Shown here piece by piece: positions 1 to 7,643 of a stretch of 30,107 nucleotides of DNA. Made by a program: the position numbers and the translations under genes. Position 1 is the first letter of the stretch. Each line of letters opens with the position of its first letter. This stretch comes from a virus (taxonomy: Duplodnaviria; Heunggongvirae; Uroviricota; Caudoviricetes). Below the pieces are notes generated by a model. That model made no database searches. It worked only from the letters and a program-made list of their open reading frames with translations, and was not told the origin of the DNA. The DNA lies in the IMG/VR virus record IMGVR_UViG_2698536535_000005, positions 1 through 30,107 of that record, one strand, 5' to 3'.

Positions 1-1254
1 ATGCTGGAACAAATGGGCATTGCCGCGAAGCAAGCCTCGTATAAATTAGCGCAACTCTCCAGCCGCGAAAAAAATCGCGTACTGGAAAAAATAGCCGATG
101 AACTGGAAGCACAAAGCGAAATCATCCTCAACGCTAACGCGCAGGATGTTGCTGACGCGCGTGCCAACGGCCTTAGCGAAGCGATGCTTGACCGTCTGGC
201 ACTGACGCCCGCACGGCTGAAAGGCATTGCCGACGATGTGCGCCAGGTGTGTAACCTCGCCGATCCGGTGGGGCAGGTAATCGATGGCGGCGTACTGGAC
301 AGCGGCCTGCGTCTTGAGCGTCGTCGCGTACCGCTGGGGGTTATTGGCGTGATTTATGAAGCGCGCCCGAACGTGACGGTTGATGTCGCTTCGCTGTGCC
401 TGAAAACCGGTAATGCGGTGATCCTGCGCGGTGGCAAAGAAACGTGTCGCACTAACGCTGCAACGGTGGCGGTGATTCAGGACGCCCTGAAATCCTGCGG
501 CTTACCGGCGGGTGCCGTGCAGGCGATTGATAATCCTGACCGTGCGCTGGTCAGTGAAATGCTGCGTATGGATAAATACATCGACATGCTGATCCCGCGT
601 GGTGGCGCTGGTTTGCATAAACTGTGCCGTGAACAGTCGACAATCCCGGTGATCACAGGTGGTATAGGCGTATGCCATATTTACGTTGATGAAAGTGTAG
701 AGATCGCTGAAGCATTAAAAGTGATCGTCAACGCGAAAACTCAGCGTCCGAGCACATGTAATACGGTTGAAACGTTGCTGGTGAATAAAAACATCGCCGA
801 TAGCTTCCTGCCCGCATTAAGCAAACAAATGGCGGAAAGCGGCGTGACATTACACGCAGATGCAGCTGCACTGGCGCAGTTGCAGGCAGGCCCTGCGAAG
901 GTGGTTGCTGTTAAAGCCGAAGAGTATGACGATGAGTTTCTGTCATTAGATTTGAACGTCAAAATCGTCAGCGATCTTGACGATGCCATCGCCCATATTC
1001 GTGAACACGGCACACAACACTCCGATGCGATCCTGACCCGCGATATGCGCAACGCCCAGCGTTTTGTTAACGAAGTGGATTCGTCCGCTGTTTACGTTAA
1101 CGCCTCTACGCGTTTTACCGACGGCGGCCAGTTTGGTCTGGGTGCGGAAGTGGCGGTAAGCACACAAAAACTCCACGCGCGTGGCCCAATGGGGCTGGAA
1201 GCACTGACCACTTACAAGTGGATCGGCATTGGTGATTACACCATTCGTGCGTAA
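1..1254 (+). CDS. proA: gamma-glutamyl phosphate reductase (glutamate-5-semialdehyde dehydrogenase)
   Basis: Complete 417-aa ORF whose sequence I recognise as enterobacterial ProA; followed by thrW as in E. coli-type chromosomes; GC content by eye higher than downstream accessory DNA. Confidence 0.93.
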
Positions 1255-1368
1255 ATAAAACCGGGTGATGCAAAAGTAGCCATTTGATTCACAAGGCCAT
1301 TGACGCATCGCCCGGTTAGTTTTAACCTTGTCCACCGTGATTCACGTTCGTGAACATGTCCTTTCAGG

Positions 1369-1444
1369 GCCGATATAGCTCAGTTGGTAGAGCAGCGCAT
1401 TCGTAATGCGAAGGTCGTAGGTTCGACTCCTATTATCGGCACCA
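1369..1444 (+). tRNA. thrW: tRNA-Thr (anticodon CGU)
   Basis: 76-nt sequence GCCGATATAGCTCAGTTGGTAGAGCAGCGCATTCGTAATGCGAAGGTCGTAGGTTCGACTCCTATTATCGGCACCA; acceptor stem GCCGATA/TATCGGC pairs, anticodon loop TTCGTAA gives CGT, encoded CCA end. Confidence 0.93.
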
Positions 1445-1610
1445 TTCTAACGTCTCCCCAAGTCTACTCAAGTATTTAAAAACTTCTTATAATCCGCATG
1501 TTATCGCCCCTTTTAGTCTTTTGACGTCTACTTAAGTACCCCAAAATCTACAGTCAATTGGGGGGACTTTTGGGGGTATTTGCTGTTCGGTTTAGTGGAG
1601 GTACCCCCAA

Positions 1611-2825
1611 GTGAAACTCAATGCCCGTCAAATAGACACTGCCAAGCCAAAAGAGAAGGCTTACAAGCTGGCTGATGGTGGTGGTCTGTATCTCCTGGTA
1701 AAACCTAGTGGAGGAAAATACTGGCGCTTTAAATATCGTGTAGCTGGTAAAGAGAAGCTGTTAGCACTAGGTGTGTATCCTGAAGTTACCTTGGCTGATG
1801 CTCGTGCAAAACGTGAAGAAGCTAAAAGGGGTATCGCTGGGGGTATCGATCCGATGGAAGCGAAACGAGAGGAAAAGATTGCCCGGGAAACGCAGTTAAA
1901 CAATACCTTCAAAGATATTGCCCTTGAGTGGCACAGCAGCAAATTAAAAAAATGGTCTGCTGGTTATGCTTCAGATATCCTCGAAGCCTTCAACAAAGAT
2001 GTGTTCCCTTACATTGGCAAAAAACCAATCGCCGAAATCAAACCACTTGAACTTCTGAATGTGCTGCGACGCATCGAGGGGCGCGGTGCTACAGAAAAAG
2101 CCAAAAAAGTGAGGCAGCGGTGCGGGGAAGTTTTCCGCTATGCAATAGTCACTGGTCGCGCAGAGTATAACCCTGCCCCAGATCTTACTAGCGCGATGCA
2201 AGGCCATGAATCTAATCATTATCCTTTCCTCACAGCCAAAGAATTGCCTGATTTTTTCAAGGCATTGTCCAGTTACTCAGGAAGTGCATTGGTTGTTATG
2301 GCGGCTCGTCTACTGATTATCACTGGTTTGCGAACTGGCGAACTGCGCGGTGCATTATGGGATGAAATCGATCTCAACAAGGCTATCTGGGAGATACCTG
2401 CTTCACGGATGAAAATGCGTCGCCCTCATGTGGTGCCTTTGTCTAAGCAGGCTCTTTCTCTTATTGGGCAGATTAAAGAATTAACTGGTAATTATCCGCT
2501 TATGTTTCCCGGCCGTAATGATCCAAGGAAAACAATGAGCGAGGCTAGCATAAACCAAGTATTTAAACGCATCGGCTATAACGGAAAGGTTACTGGTCAT
2601 GGATTCCGGCACACCATGAGCACGATTTTACATGAGCAGGGCTATAACACCGCGTGGATAGAAACGCAGCTTGCACACGTTGATAAGAACTCAATTCGTG
2701 GCACGTACAATCATGCGCAATATCTGGACGGGCGGCGCGAGATGCTCCAGTGGTACGCCGACTATATGGATTCGCTCGAACATGGCGGTAACGTGGTGCA
2801 TGGCAAGTTCGGAAAATGTGGATGA
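1611..2825 (+). CDS. int: tyrosine recombinase, P4-type integrase (N-terminal arm-binding domain plus catalytic domain)
   Basis: 404-aa ORF, GTG start; N-terminus MKLNARQIDTAKPKEKAYKLADGGGLYLLVKPSGGKYWRFKYR is the typical P4-integrase N-terminal domain; C-terminal HGFRHT and trailing tyrosine region; lies directly next to the tRNA. Confidence 0.9.
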   Translation: MKLNARQIDTAKPKEKAYKLADGGGLYLLVKPSGGKYWRFKYRVAGKEKLLALGVYPEVTLADARAKREEAKRGIAGGIDPMEAKREEKIARETQLNNTFKDIALEWHSSKLKKWSAGYASDILEAFNKDVFPYIGKKPIAEIKPLELLNVLRRIEGRGATEKAKKVRQRCGEVFRYAIVTGRAEYNPAPDLTSAMQGHESNHYPFLTAKELPDFFKALSSYSGSALVVMAARLLIITGLRTGELRGALWDEIDLNKAIWEIPASRMKMRRPHVVPLSKQALSLIGQIKELTGNYPLMFPGRNDPRKTMSEASINQVFKRIGYNGKVTGHGFRHTMSTILHEQGYNTAWIETQLAHVDKNSIRGTYNHAQYLDGRREMLQWYADYMDSLEHGGNVVHGKFGKCG

Positions 2826-2953
2826 CTGGTTGCGTATACAGTAGTAGACTTTGAGCGACGAAAGAAAAGGCTGTGTCTAGGGTCGCTCCCGAAAATCCGT
2901 ACACCTCGACGGACTGGTACAGCCACTACAGTAGAGGACGCTGAGGTGTGCGT

Positions 2954-3751
2954 ATGATTGATATTCATGCCGAATTAAACGAATACAAAAAAGATTTTAT
3001 TTCTTTACGTGAATTTCTTGAGGTCGTGCTTAAGGTCGCTGGTGATGATTATGATGTTTCAGATGTCATAACTTGGATACTCAGGAGAATAAGCGGAGAA
3101 CATATCCGCCTGTACACAGTAAATGAATTTAAGCTGTTGGAATCTTTTTGTAACCCGTATCGGGATGAATTTGATTATGATGTTCTTTATAGAAATCTGA
3201 ATGCGGTTCGGAAACGTGGTTGTTTACCTGGTGAGAGGGATGAAAATGGTTTTCTGGTGTCCGGTTATTGGGAAGATCCCGAATTTGAGAACATTGGATT
3301 TATAAGGGGTGAAATTTTCGCAATTTTTCCCGATGTCCTTGACGCGTTAACGAAGCTGGAAGGCGCTAACTCTTCTGAAAATGACGAGGCACAAGGACGC
3401 GATATTGAAAAGAAAGAGTTGCGTACAGAGGATGATTTATTATCCCAAATCGCAATGCTGGAAAAAGAAAACGCAGAGTTAAGGGCAAGGATAGAGCAGT
3501 TAGAGCAAGAGCGCCCGATACACTTATATAAATACTGGGATAAAGACCCATTAGCTAAGGCTATTGAGATTAGAAACAGAGAGTGGGCCAATTACGATCC
3601 AGAAAATGATTTTGCCACTAGGGGAAATCAAGAAGCGATAACCAGGGAGCTTAAGCAGTGGGGGGCAAGTAATGCACTTGCAACGCTCATAGAGAGGACT
3701 GCCTGCCCTATTAACCGAGACAACAGCCAAAAGAACGCAAAGCCGGATTAA
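2954..3751 (+). CDS. hypothetical protein with central coiled coil (integrase-proximal cargo gene)
   Basis: ORF with GAGG Shine-Dalgarno 7 nt upstream of the ATG at 2954 (track ORF begins at GTG 2948); AT-rich; predicted coiled coil LSQIAMLEKENAELRARIEQLEQER; no recognisable catalytic motif. Confidence 0.6.
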   Translation: MIDIHAELNEYKKDFISLREFLEVVLKVAGDDYDVSDVITWILRRISGEHIRLYTVNEFKLLESFCNPYRDEFDYDVLYRNLNAVRKRGCLPGERDENGFLVSGYWEDPEFENIGFIRGEIFAIFPDVLDALTKLEGANSSENDEAQGRDIEKKELRTEDDLLSQIAMLEKENAELRARIEQLEQERPIHLYKYWDKDPLAKAIEIRNREWANYDPENDFATRGNQEAITRELKQWGASNALATLIERTACPINRDNSQKNAKPD

Positions 3752-3766
3752 CGCACCATACCGCAT

Positions 3767-3807
3767 ACCCTGAGGGTGATTTACTGTTACCCTGAGGGTA
3801 TTTTTTT
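3767..3807 (+). terminator. putative intrinsic terminator formed by two ACCCTGAGGGT boxes followed by a T7 run
   Basis: Boxes at 3767..3777 and 3789..3799 can pair as an 11-bp stem with one central mismatch and an 11-nt loop, followed by TTTTTTT (3801..3807); sits 16 nt after the stop of the 2954..3751 gene. Confidence 0.45.
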
Positions 3808-3909
3808 ATCTTCCCCGTCAATTTTACCATCACCCTTAGGGTAGATTTCCTCCCGATTACCATCACCCTTAGGGTTAATTTCCTTCCGGTAACCATTAGG
3901 CCTGAGGGT
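3767..3909. promoter_or_regulatory. array of five palindromic ACCCTnAGGGT boxes between the integrase-proximal gene and alpA
   Basis: Boxes at 3767, 3789, 3832, 3865 and 3899; spacings 22, 43, 33 and 34 bp are close to multiples of the helical repeat. Confidence 0.5.
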
Positions 3910-3978
3910 ATGAAAATATTCGTTATTTCTGTGCCAGGATTACCTCGTCAAATTGAGTAGACGTTATGAGGTAAATAT

Positions 3979-4176
3979 ATGTCAAATACGCTTATTCGTT
4001 TAACAGAAGTTCAGCGTAGAACTGGATATAGCAAGGCATGGATTTATCGCCTTATGGGGCAAGGTAAATTTCCTGCATCAGTTAAAATTGGCTCGCGAGC
4101 TATTGCTTTCGTTGAGAGTGAAATTGACGAGTGGATTAATCAGCGTATTGCGGAATCACGCGGAACAGCTACCTGA
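3979..4176 (+). CDS. alpA: AlpA-family prophage regulatory protein (excisionase-like HTH regulator)
   Basis: 65-aa protein LIRLTEVQRRTGYSKAWIYRLMGQGKFPASVKIGSRAIAFVESEIDEWINQR, the characteristic AlpA sequence pattern; GAGG Shine-Dalgarno upstream. Confidence 0.85.
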   Translation: MSNTLIRLTEVQRRTGYSKAWIYRLMGQGKFPASVKIGSRAIAFVESEIDEWINQRIAESRGTAT

Positions 4177-4253
4177 TTAAATGGCTACGGGGCTATTTCC
4201 CCCAGCTATCCACCAGCAAATAAAAGTAACTTAATTCGATAGCAGGAGTTTTT

Positions 4254-5054
4254 ATGAAATTTCCAAAAACGCCCGTACAGGGGCGGGGCTTCGTTCGGCC
4301 TGAAAACCAGAATCTGCAAAATTTCGGCGAAATTATCCCGATTATTTCCGGCGTTATTGGCGGGAGTGAAACCACTATTGTTAGCGCCAGAGCGTTACAT
4401 AAGGCGTTAGGTGTAGGGCGCGTTTTCCGTTCGTGGATCAAGGGGCGCATTGAAGAATACGGGTTCACGGAAGGCGTGGATTATGAGGTTGTTGAATATT
4501 TGAGCCGACCCGATCCGGTGAGCGCAAAATCTCGCCAGCAAACCGCTCTTGAGTACATCATCACAGTGAACATGGCGAAAGAACTGGCGATGGTCGAACG
4601 TACCGAACAGGGCCGCGCCGTTCGCCAGTACTTTATCAAATGCGAGGAGGAGCTACACAAGGTTGCGCCTGTTCGTTCCGCAGCGTTACGCCGGGAACTG
4701 AAAGCCCGTATCACAGTTGCCAGCTACTTTAAGCCAATGTGTGCCGCGCTGGAGGCGTACCGGGCTGAACTGGGTAAAAACACACTCCAGCACCACTACA
4801 CCACGGAAGCGAACATGCTGGCGCGTATCGTACTGGGTGGCATGACTGCAAAACAGTGGGCACTGGCGAACGGCATTACAGGCGAACCACGCGACCACAT
4901 GAGCACGTTGCAGCTTGAGCACCTTTCTTACCTTGAGCAGAGCAATATCACGCTGATTGAGTTAGGCCAGGACTACCACCAGCGGAAGGCTGAATTAATT
5001 CGTCTTTCGCAGCGTTGGTTAGCCCGTCGCATGGAGGAAAACAGCCATGTGTAA
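4254..5054 (+). CDS. phage antirepressor-like protein (AntA/AntB-type N-terminal domain, KilAC-like C-terminal region)
   Basis: 266-aa ORF with AGGAG Shine-Dalgarno; N-terminal segment TIVSARALHKALGVGRVFRSWIKGRIEEYGFTEGVDYEV resembles the AntA/AntB antirepressor domain; assignment by eye only. Confidence 0.5.
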   Translation: MKFPKTPVQGRGFVRPENQNLQNFGEIIPIISGVIGGSETTIVSARALHKALGVGRVFRSWIKGRIEEYGFTEGVDYEVVEYLSRPDPVSAKSRQQTALEYIITVNMAKELAMVERTEQGRAVRQYFIKCEEELHKVAPVRSAALRRELKARITVASYFKPMCAALEAYRAELGKNTLQHHYTTEANMLARIVLGGMTAKQWALANGITGEPRDHMSTLQLEHLSYLEQSNITLIELGQDYHQRKAELIRLSQRWLARRMEENSHV

Positions 5055-5771
5055 CGCTCTGACCGTTACAAAAAGAGAAAGCGCCCCGTTGCCGGAGCGC
5101 CTTTGTGAACGAATAGCCTACTGCGCCATATTGCTTACTGTCTACGAGGCAGATTATAGCGTTGTGGTCGCACAGAGTGAAGGCGCTGATCACCGTTACT
5201 ACAGCACGCCAGAAATGCAGAATATTTTGCTGCAAAATGTCGTTGGTCACACTGTCCGGAAAGCAAAAAATTTTGCTGGTGGCGCGACTGATGCGATTTT
5301 GTCAGGTCGCCAGGTGCTGATCAATCTGATGTCTGATTTCGTTCTGGATAAAACAAAGGCGACCGCAGAGGGCCGCCAGTGGGAAAGCTACATACTTGAA
5401 CGCATCGCCAACAATGCCAGATTTGCGGCTGGTGGGCAATGTGTCAGCTTTGCACCAATGACTCTATGTTTAACTGAGGGTCATTATGGTGAATATGCTG
5501 GCTTGCTGGTGGGCTATTCCTGCTCTTTAACATTGCCATGCCGCGATGTTTTCCAGGTATGCGACCCCATTTTTGTGCGCCTGTACTCTTTAAGGAATTT
5601 CTCAAGGATAAACGCACAGGGCGCGAATCTGTTTGACTCATGCTCGTACGCTATCTTTCTGCGCTGTCTTTTCCGTGCCGGTGATGGTGTATTGGTTGAT
5701 TCTTTGTTGGTCATGGCGCAGCCCTGTAAAACGATGCACCGTAGTTCCTCACACCACGGCGCTGGTGATGG

Positions 5772-5951
5772 TTACTCCTGTTCTTTGGCCTTGCGGCGCT
5801 GGCGGTATTCAACTTCTCGCTTTAATGCTGCTGTTACAAACTGCCCTGTACTTTCACCAGGCATTTTTACCGCCTCAACATTGTTCATAACTTCATGCGG
5901 AACCCTTGCCGCAACTGTTTGTGATTTTGCGTTTACTGCTTTTGTCGCCAT
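5772..5951 (-). CDS. ribbon-helix-helix (Arc/MetJ/CopG-like) DNA-binding protein, putative repressor
   Basis: 59-aa minus-strand ORF (below the ORF-track cutoff) MATKAVNAKSQTVAARVPHEVMNNVEAVKMPGESTGQFVTAALKREVEYRQRRKAKEQE; beta-strand/helix/G-x-S/T loop/helix pattern typical of RHH proteins; AAGGGG Shine-Dalgarno 8 nt upstream; palindromic boxes in its promoter region. Confidence 0.5.
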   Translation of the reverse strand: MATKAVNAKSQTVAARVPHEVMNNVEAVKMPGESTGQFVTAALKREVEYRQRRKAKEQE

Positions 5952-5999
5952 GTTGTGTACCCCTTACAAAAAACAAATGCAGTATGCAGGAAAAAAAAT

Positions 6000-6051
6000 A
6001 AGTGTTCAACACTTGACGTGTTTAACACCTAGGCTTAAATTGGTGTTCAAC
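6000..6051. promoter_or_regulatory. three palindromic GTGTTCAACAC-type operator boxes in a divergent promoter region
   Basis: GTGTTCAACAC at 6000..6010, GTGTTTAACAC at 6016..6026, GTGTTCAACAC at 6041..6051; each is a GTGTT/AACAC inverted repeat; located between the minus-strand RHH gene and the rightward early operon. Confidence 0.45.
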
Positions 6052-6150
6052 ACCTTGTTGATGCAAGGTGCAGAAACGACAACGCCCCGCAGTGGTGGCA
6101 CACATGCAGGGCGTCTAACCACCAACGATAGCAAGAGTATCGAGGTAGCT

Positions 6151-6354
6151 ATGAGAAATCATACCACACACCCGCAAGGGCGGGACTCGCACAACCTGAA
6201 TAAATACATCTGGCGTTTTATCGCCCTGAGCACGGCACAACCGCGCGTAATTCACATCGAGGCCACCAGCGAACAGGAAGCACGCCAGCAATCTCCTGAT
6301 GGCTGCGTGATGGTATTCGCAGCCCGTATTCGCCAGGAGGTGGAACATGTGTAA
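6151..6354 (+). CDS. small hypothetical protein (likely first gene of the rightward early operon)
   Basis: Internal ATG of the 435-aa track ORF, preceded by GAGGT Shine-Dalgarno; ends in the EVEHV-stop coupling motif shared with neighbouring genes. Confidence 0.35.
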   Translation: MRNHTTHPQGRDSHNLNKYIWRFIALSTAQPRVIHIEATSEQEARQQSPDGCVMVFAARIRQEVEHV

Positions 6355-6571
6355 TGCAACATGGCCTGATGCAGCGGTAGACGCTATCAAAACGCTGATG
6401 GATTCACTTATTGAGATTTCTGCTATCGCTGGTGTGGCGCATAAACACGCAGCCAGAGAATCAGAATGCATCTCCCATTATTTAGCATTTGTGCAGCTAA
6501 AAGCCGATCAGGCACTGGATAAGGCCGGAAAAATTATCATGGCTGATGTGCAGGAGGTGCACCATGCATAA
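6347..6571 (+). CDS. small hypothetical protein, early operon
   Basis: AGGAGG Shine-Dalgarno; start overlaps the upstream stop in the CATGTGTAA coupling motif. Confidence 0.5.
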   Translation: MCNATWPDAAVDAIKTLMDSLIEISAIAGVAHKHAARESECISHYLAFVQLKADQALDKAGKIIMADVQEVHHA

Positions 6572-6929
6572 CCTGTCAATTTCTGACCTTAACAGCATTC
6601 AGTTTGACGAGAAATTTACCGGGCAGTTGCTGGTCAATGTGGAGAACGGGCGCATAGTGCGTAATTACCACCTGCCGGATGGTGCAATTGCCGGAAGCGT
6701 TGAAGCATTGCTGGAACTGGCGGAACGTGCGCGACTGATTAAGCCGTCAACGAGCCATCACGATGATGATCTGCATTTTACCGGGCGTATGGTGAGTCAC
6801 TACGAAAACGGCGTTGAAGTATCCCGCGAACGGCTGCGTGATGATTGCTGTTTCGGCACACTGCCGGAATTTATCGAGTTGCTGACCAGTTGCGGTTATC
6901 AGGTCATTCAGGGGGGTAAACATGCGTGA
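6564..6929 (+). CDS. hypothetical protein, early operon
   Basis: Start moved to the ATG preceded by CAGGAGGTG (track ORF begins at 6546); overlaps neighbours by start/stop coupling. Confidence 0.5.
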   Translation: MHNLSISDLNSIQFDEKFTGQLLVNVENGRIVRNYHLPDGAIAGSVEALLELAERARLIKPSTSHHDDDLHFTGRMVSHYENGVEVSRERLRDDCCFGTLPEFIELLTSCGYQVIQGGKHA

Positions 6930-7155
6930 TGATCGTTTTAATTCCCTGAAACGGGAATTTGATGGCGCACCGGAAGATGCAGCGGGCGCATTGTTGAGCG
7001 TTGCTGACATGATGAAAGCTGCATATTTTCTTATCAATACCAGTGGCTACAAGTCAGAGGGTGAAATGATTCTTAGTATTGCGTCGGACTATGCGGAATA
7101 TGTGGCAGAGACGCGTTACAGAAGAAAATTCACGGAGGATGTAAGCCATGCATAA
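6922..7155 (+). CDS. small hypothetical protein, early operon
   Basis: GGGGGG Shine-Dalgarno; overlapping stop/start with both neighbours. Confidence 0.45.
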   Translation: MRDDRFNSLKREFDGAPEDAAGALLSVADMMKAAYFLINTSGYKSEGEMILSIASDYAEYVAETRYRRKFTEDVSHA

Positions 7156-7348
7156 TCATGAAGCGCATGTACCCGTAGTGCTTAATGTGCCAGATGATTT
7201 CACCGGACGCGTACTGGTTTACCTGGATAAAGGGAAAGTGAAATCACAATGCCGACTGAAAAGTAATGAGATTGTTGGTTCTCCTGAATTTTTTTCTGAA
7301 CTTTGTATTCGTGCGGAAATAAAACCGGAACTGCTGACAGGAAAATAA
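7148..7348 (+). CDS. small hypothetical protein, early operon
   Basis: GGAGGA Shine-Dalgarno; overlapping start/stop with the previous gene. Confidence 0.45.
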   Translation: MHNHEAHVPVVLNVPDDFTGRVLVYLDKGKVKSQCRLKSNEIVGSPEFFSELCIRAEIKPELLTGK

Positions 7349-7352
7349 AACC

Positions 7353-7643
7353 ATGAAAAAGAAAAATTCTGGCTTTACTGCCAGCGGCCTCTCTCGGCCT
7401 GAAATCCGCCCCGGTGATATTTCCCGGGACACCAGACGCGGGGGACGGGTGGTTATTCGTCACGTTACGCCAGGCAATATCACCTACCGCCGTGAGGCTT
7501 ACGAATATGACTGCGTAATGCCGCGCCGTCAGTTTGATCGTGATTTTATTCTGGTGGAAAACAAACAACAGGCAGTGGCGAGACGTGCAGCCACGAATAT
7601 TAAAAAAATCCGGGCAATGTTGGTTGCGGGAGGTAAGAAGTGA
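7353..7643 (+). CDS. hypothetical basic protein, early operon
   Basis: 96-aa ORF beginning 5 nt after the previous stop; its stop overlaps the GTG start of the primase gene. Confidence 0.5.
   Translation: MKKKNSGFTASGLSRPEIRPGDISRDTRRGGRVVIRHVTPGNITYRREAYEYDCVMPRRQFDRDFILVENKQQAVARRAATNIKKIRAMLVAGGKK

Noticed and set aside
741-1335. Minus-strand ORFs 741..1052 and 946..1335 overlapping proA
   Set aside because: Antisense to a clearly genuine, complete proA gene; typical spurious ORFs in GC-richer DNA.
1259-1368. Possible thrW promoter (TTGACG at 1300..1305) and TTCACG-TT-CGTGAA palindrome (1341..1354)
   Set aside because: The -10 element is poor at every plausible spacing and I cannot fix the transcription start from sequence alone; too uncertain to annotate.
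1661-2968. Minus-strand ORFs (1661..1942, 1971..2219, 2590..2904, 2762..2968) inside or next to the integrase gene
   Set aside because: Antisense to the integrase, with no ribosome-binding sites and low-complexity products.
5047-6354. 435-aa plus-strand ORF as a single protein-coding gene
   Set aside because: Its middle portion is low-complexity and Cys/Ser-rich, and a well-formed RHH gene with Shine-Dalgarno and operator palindromes lies on the opposite strand inside it. It is more likely a stop-free frame spanning two short real genes and intergenic DNA.
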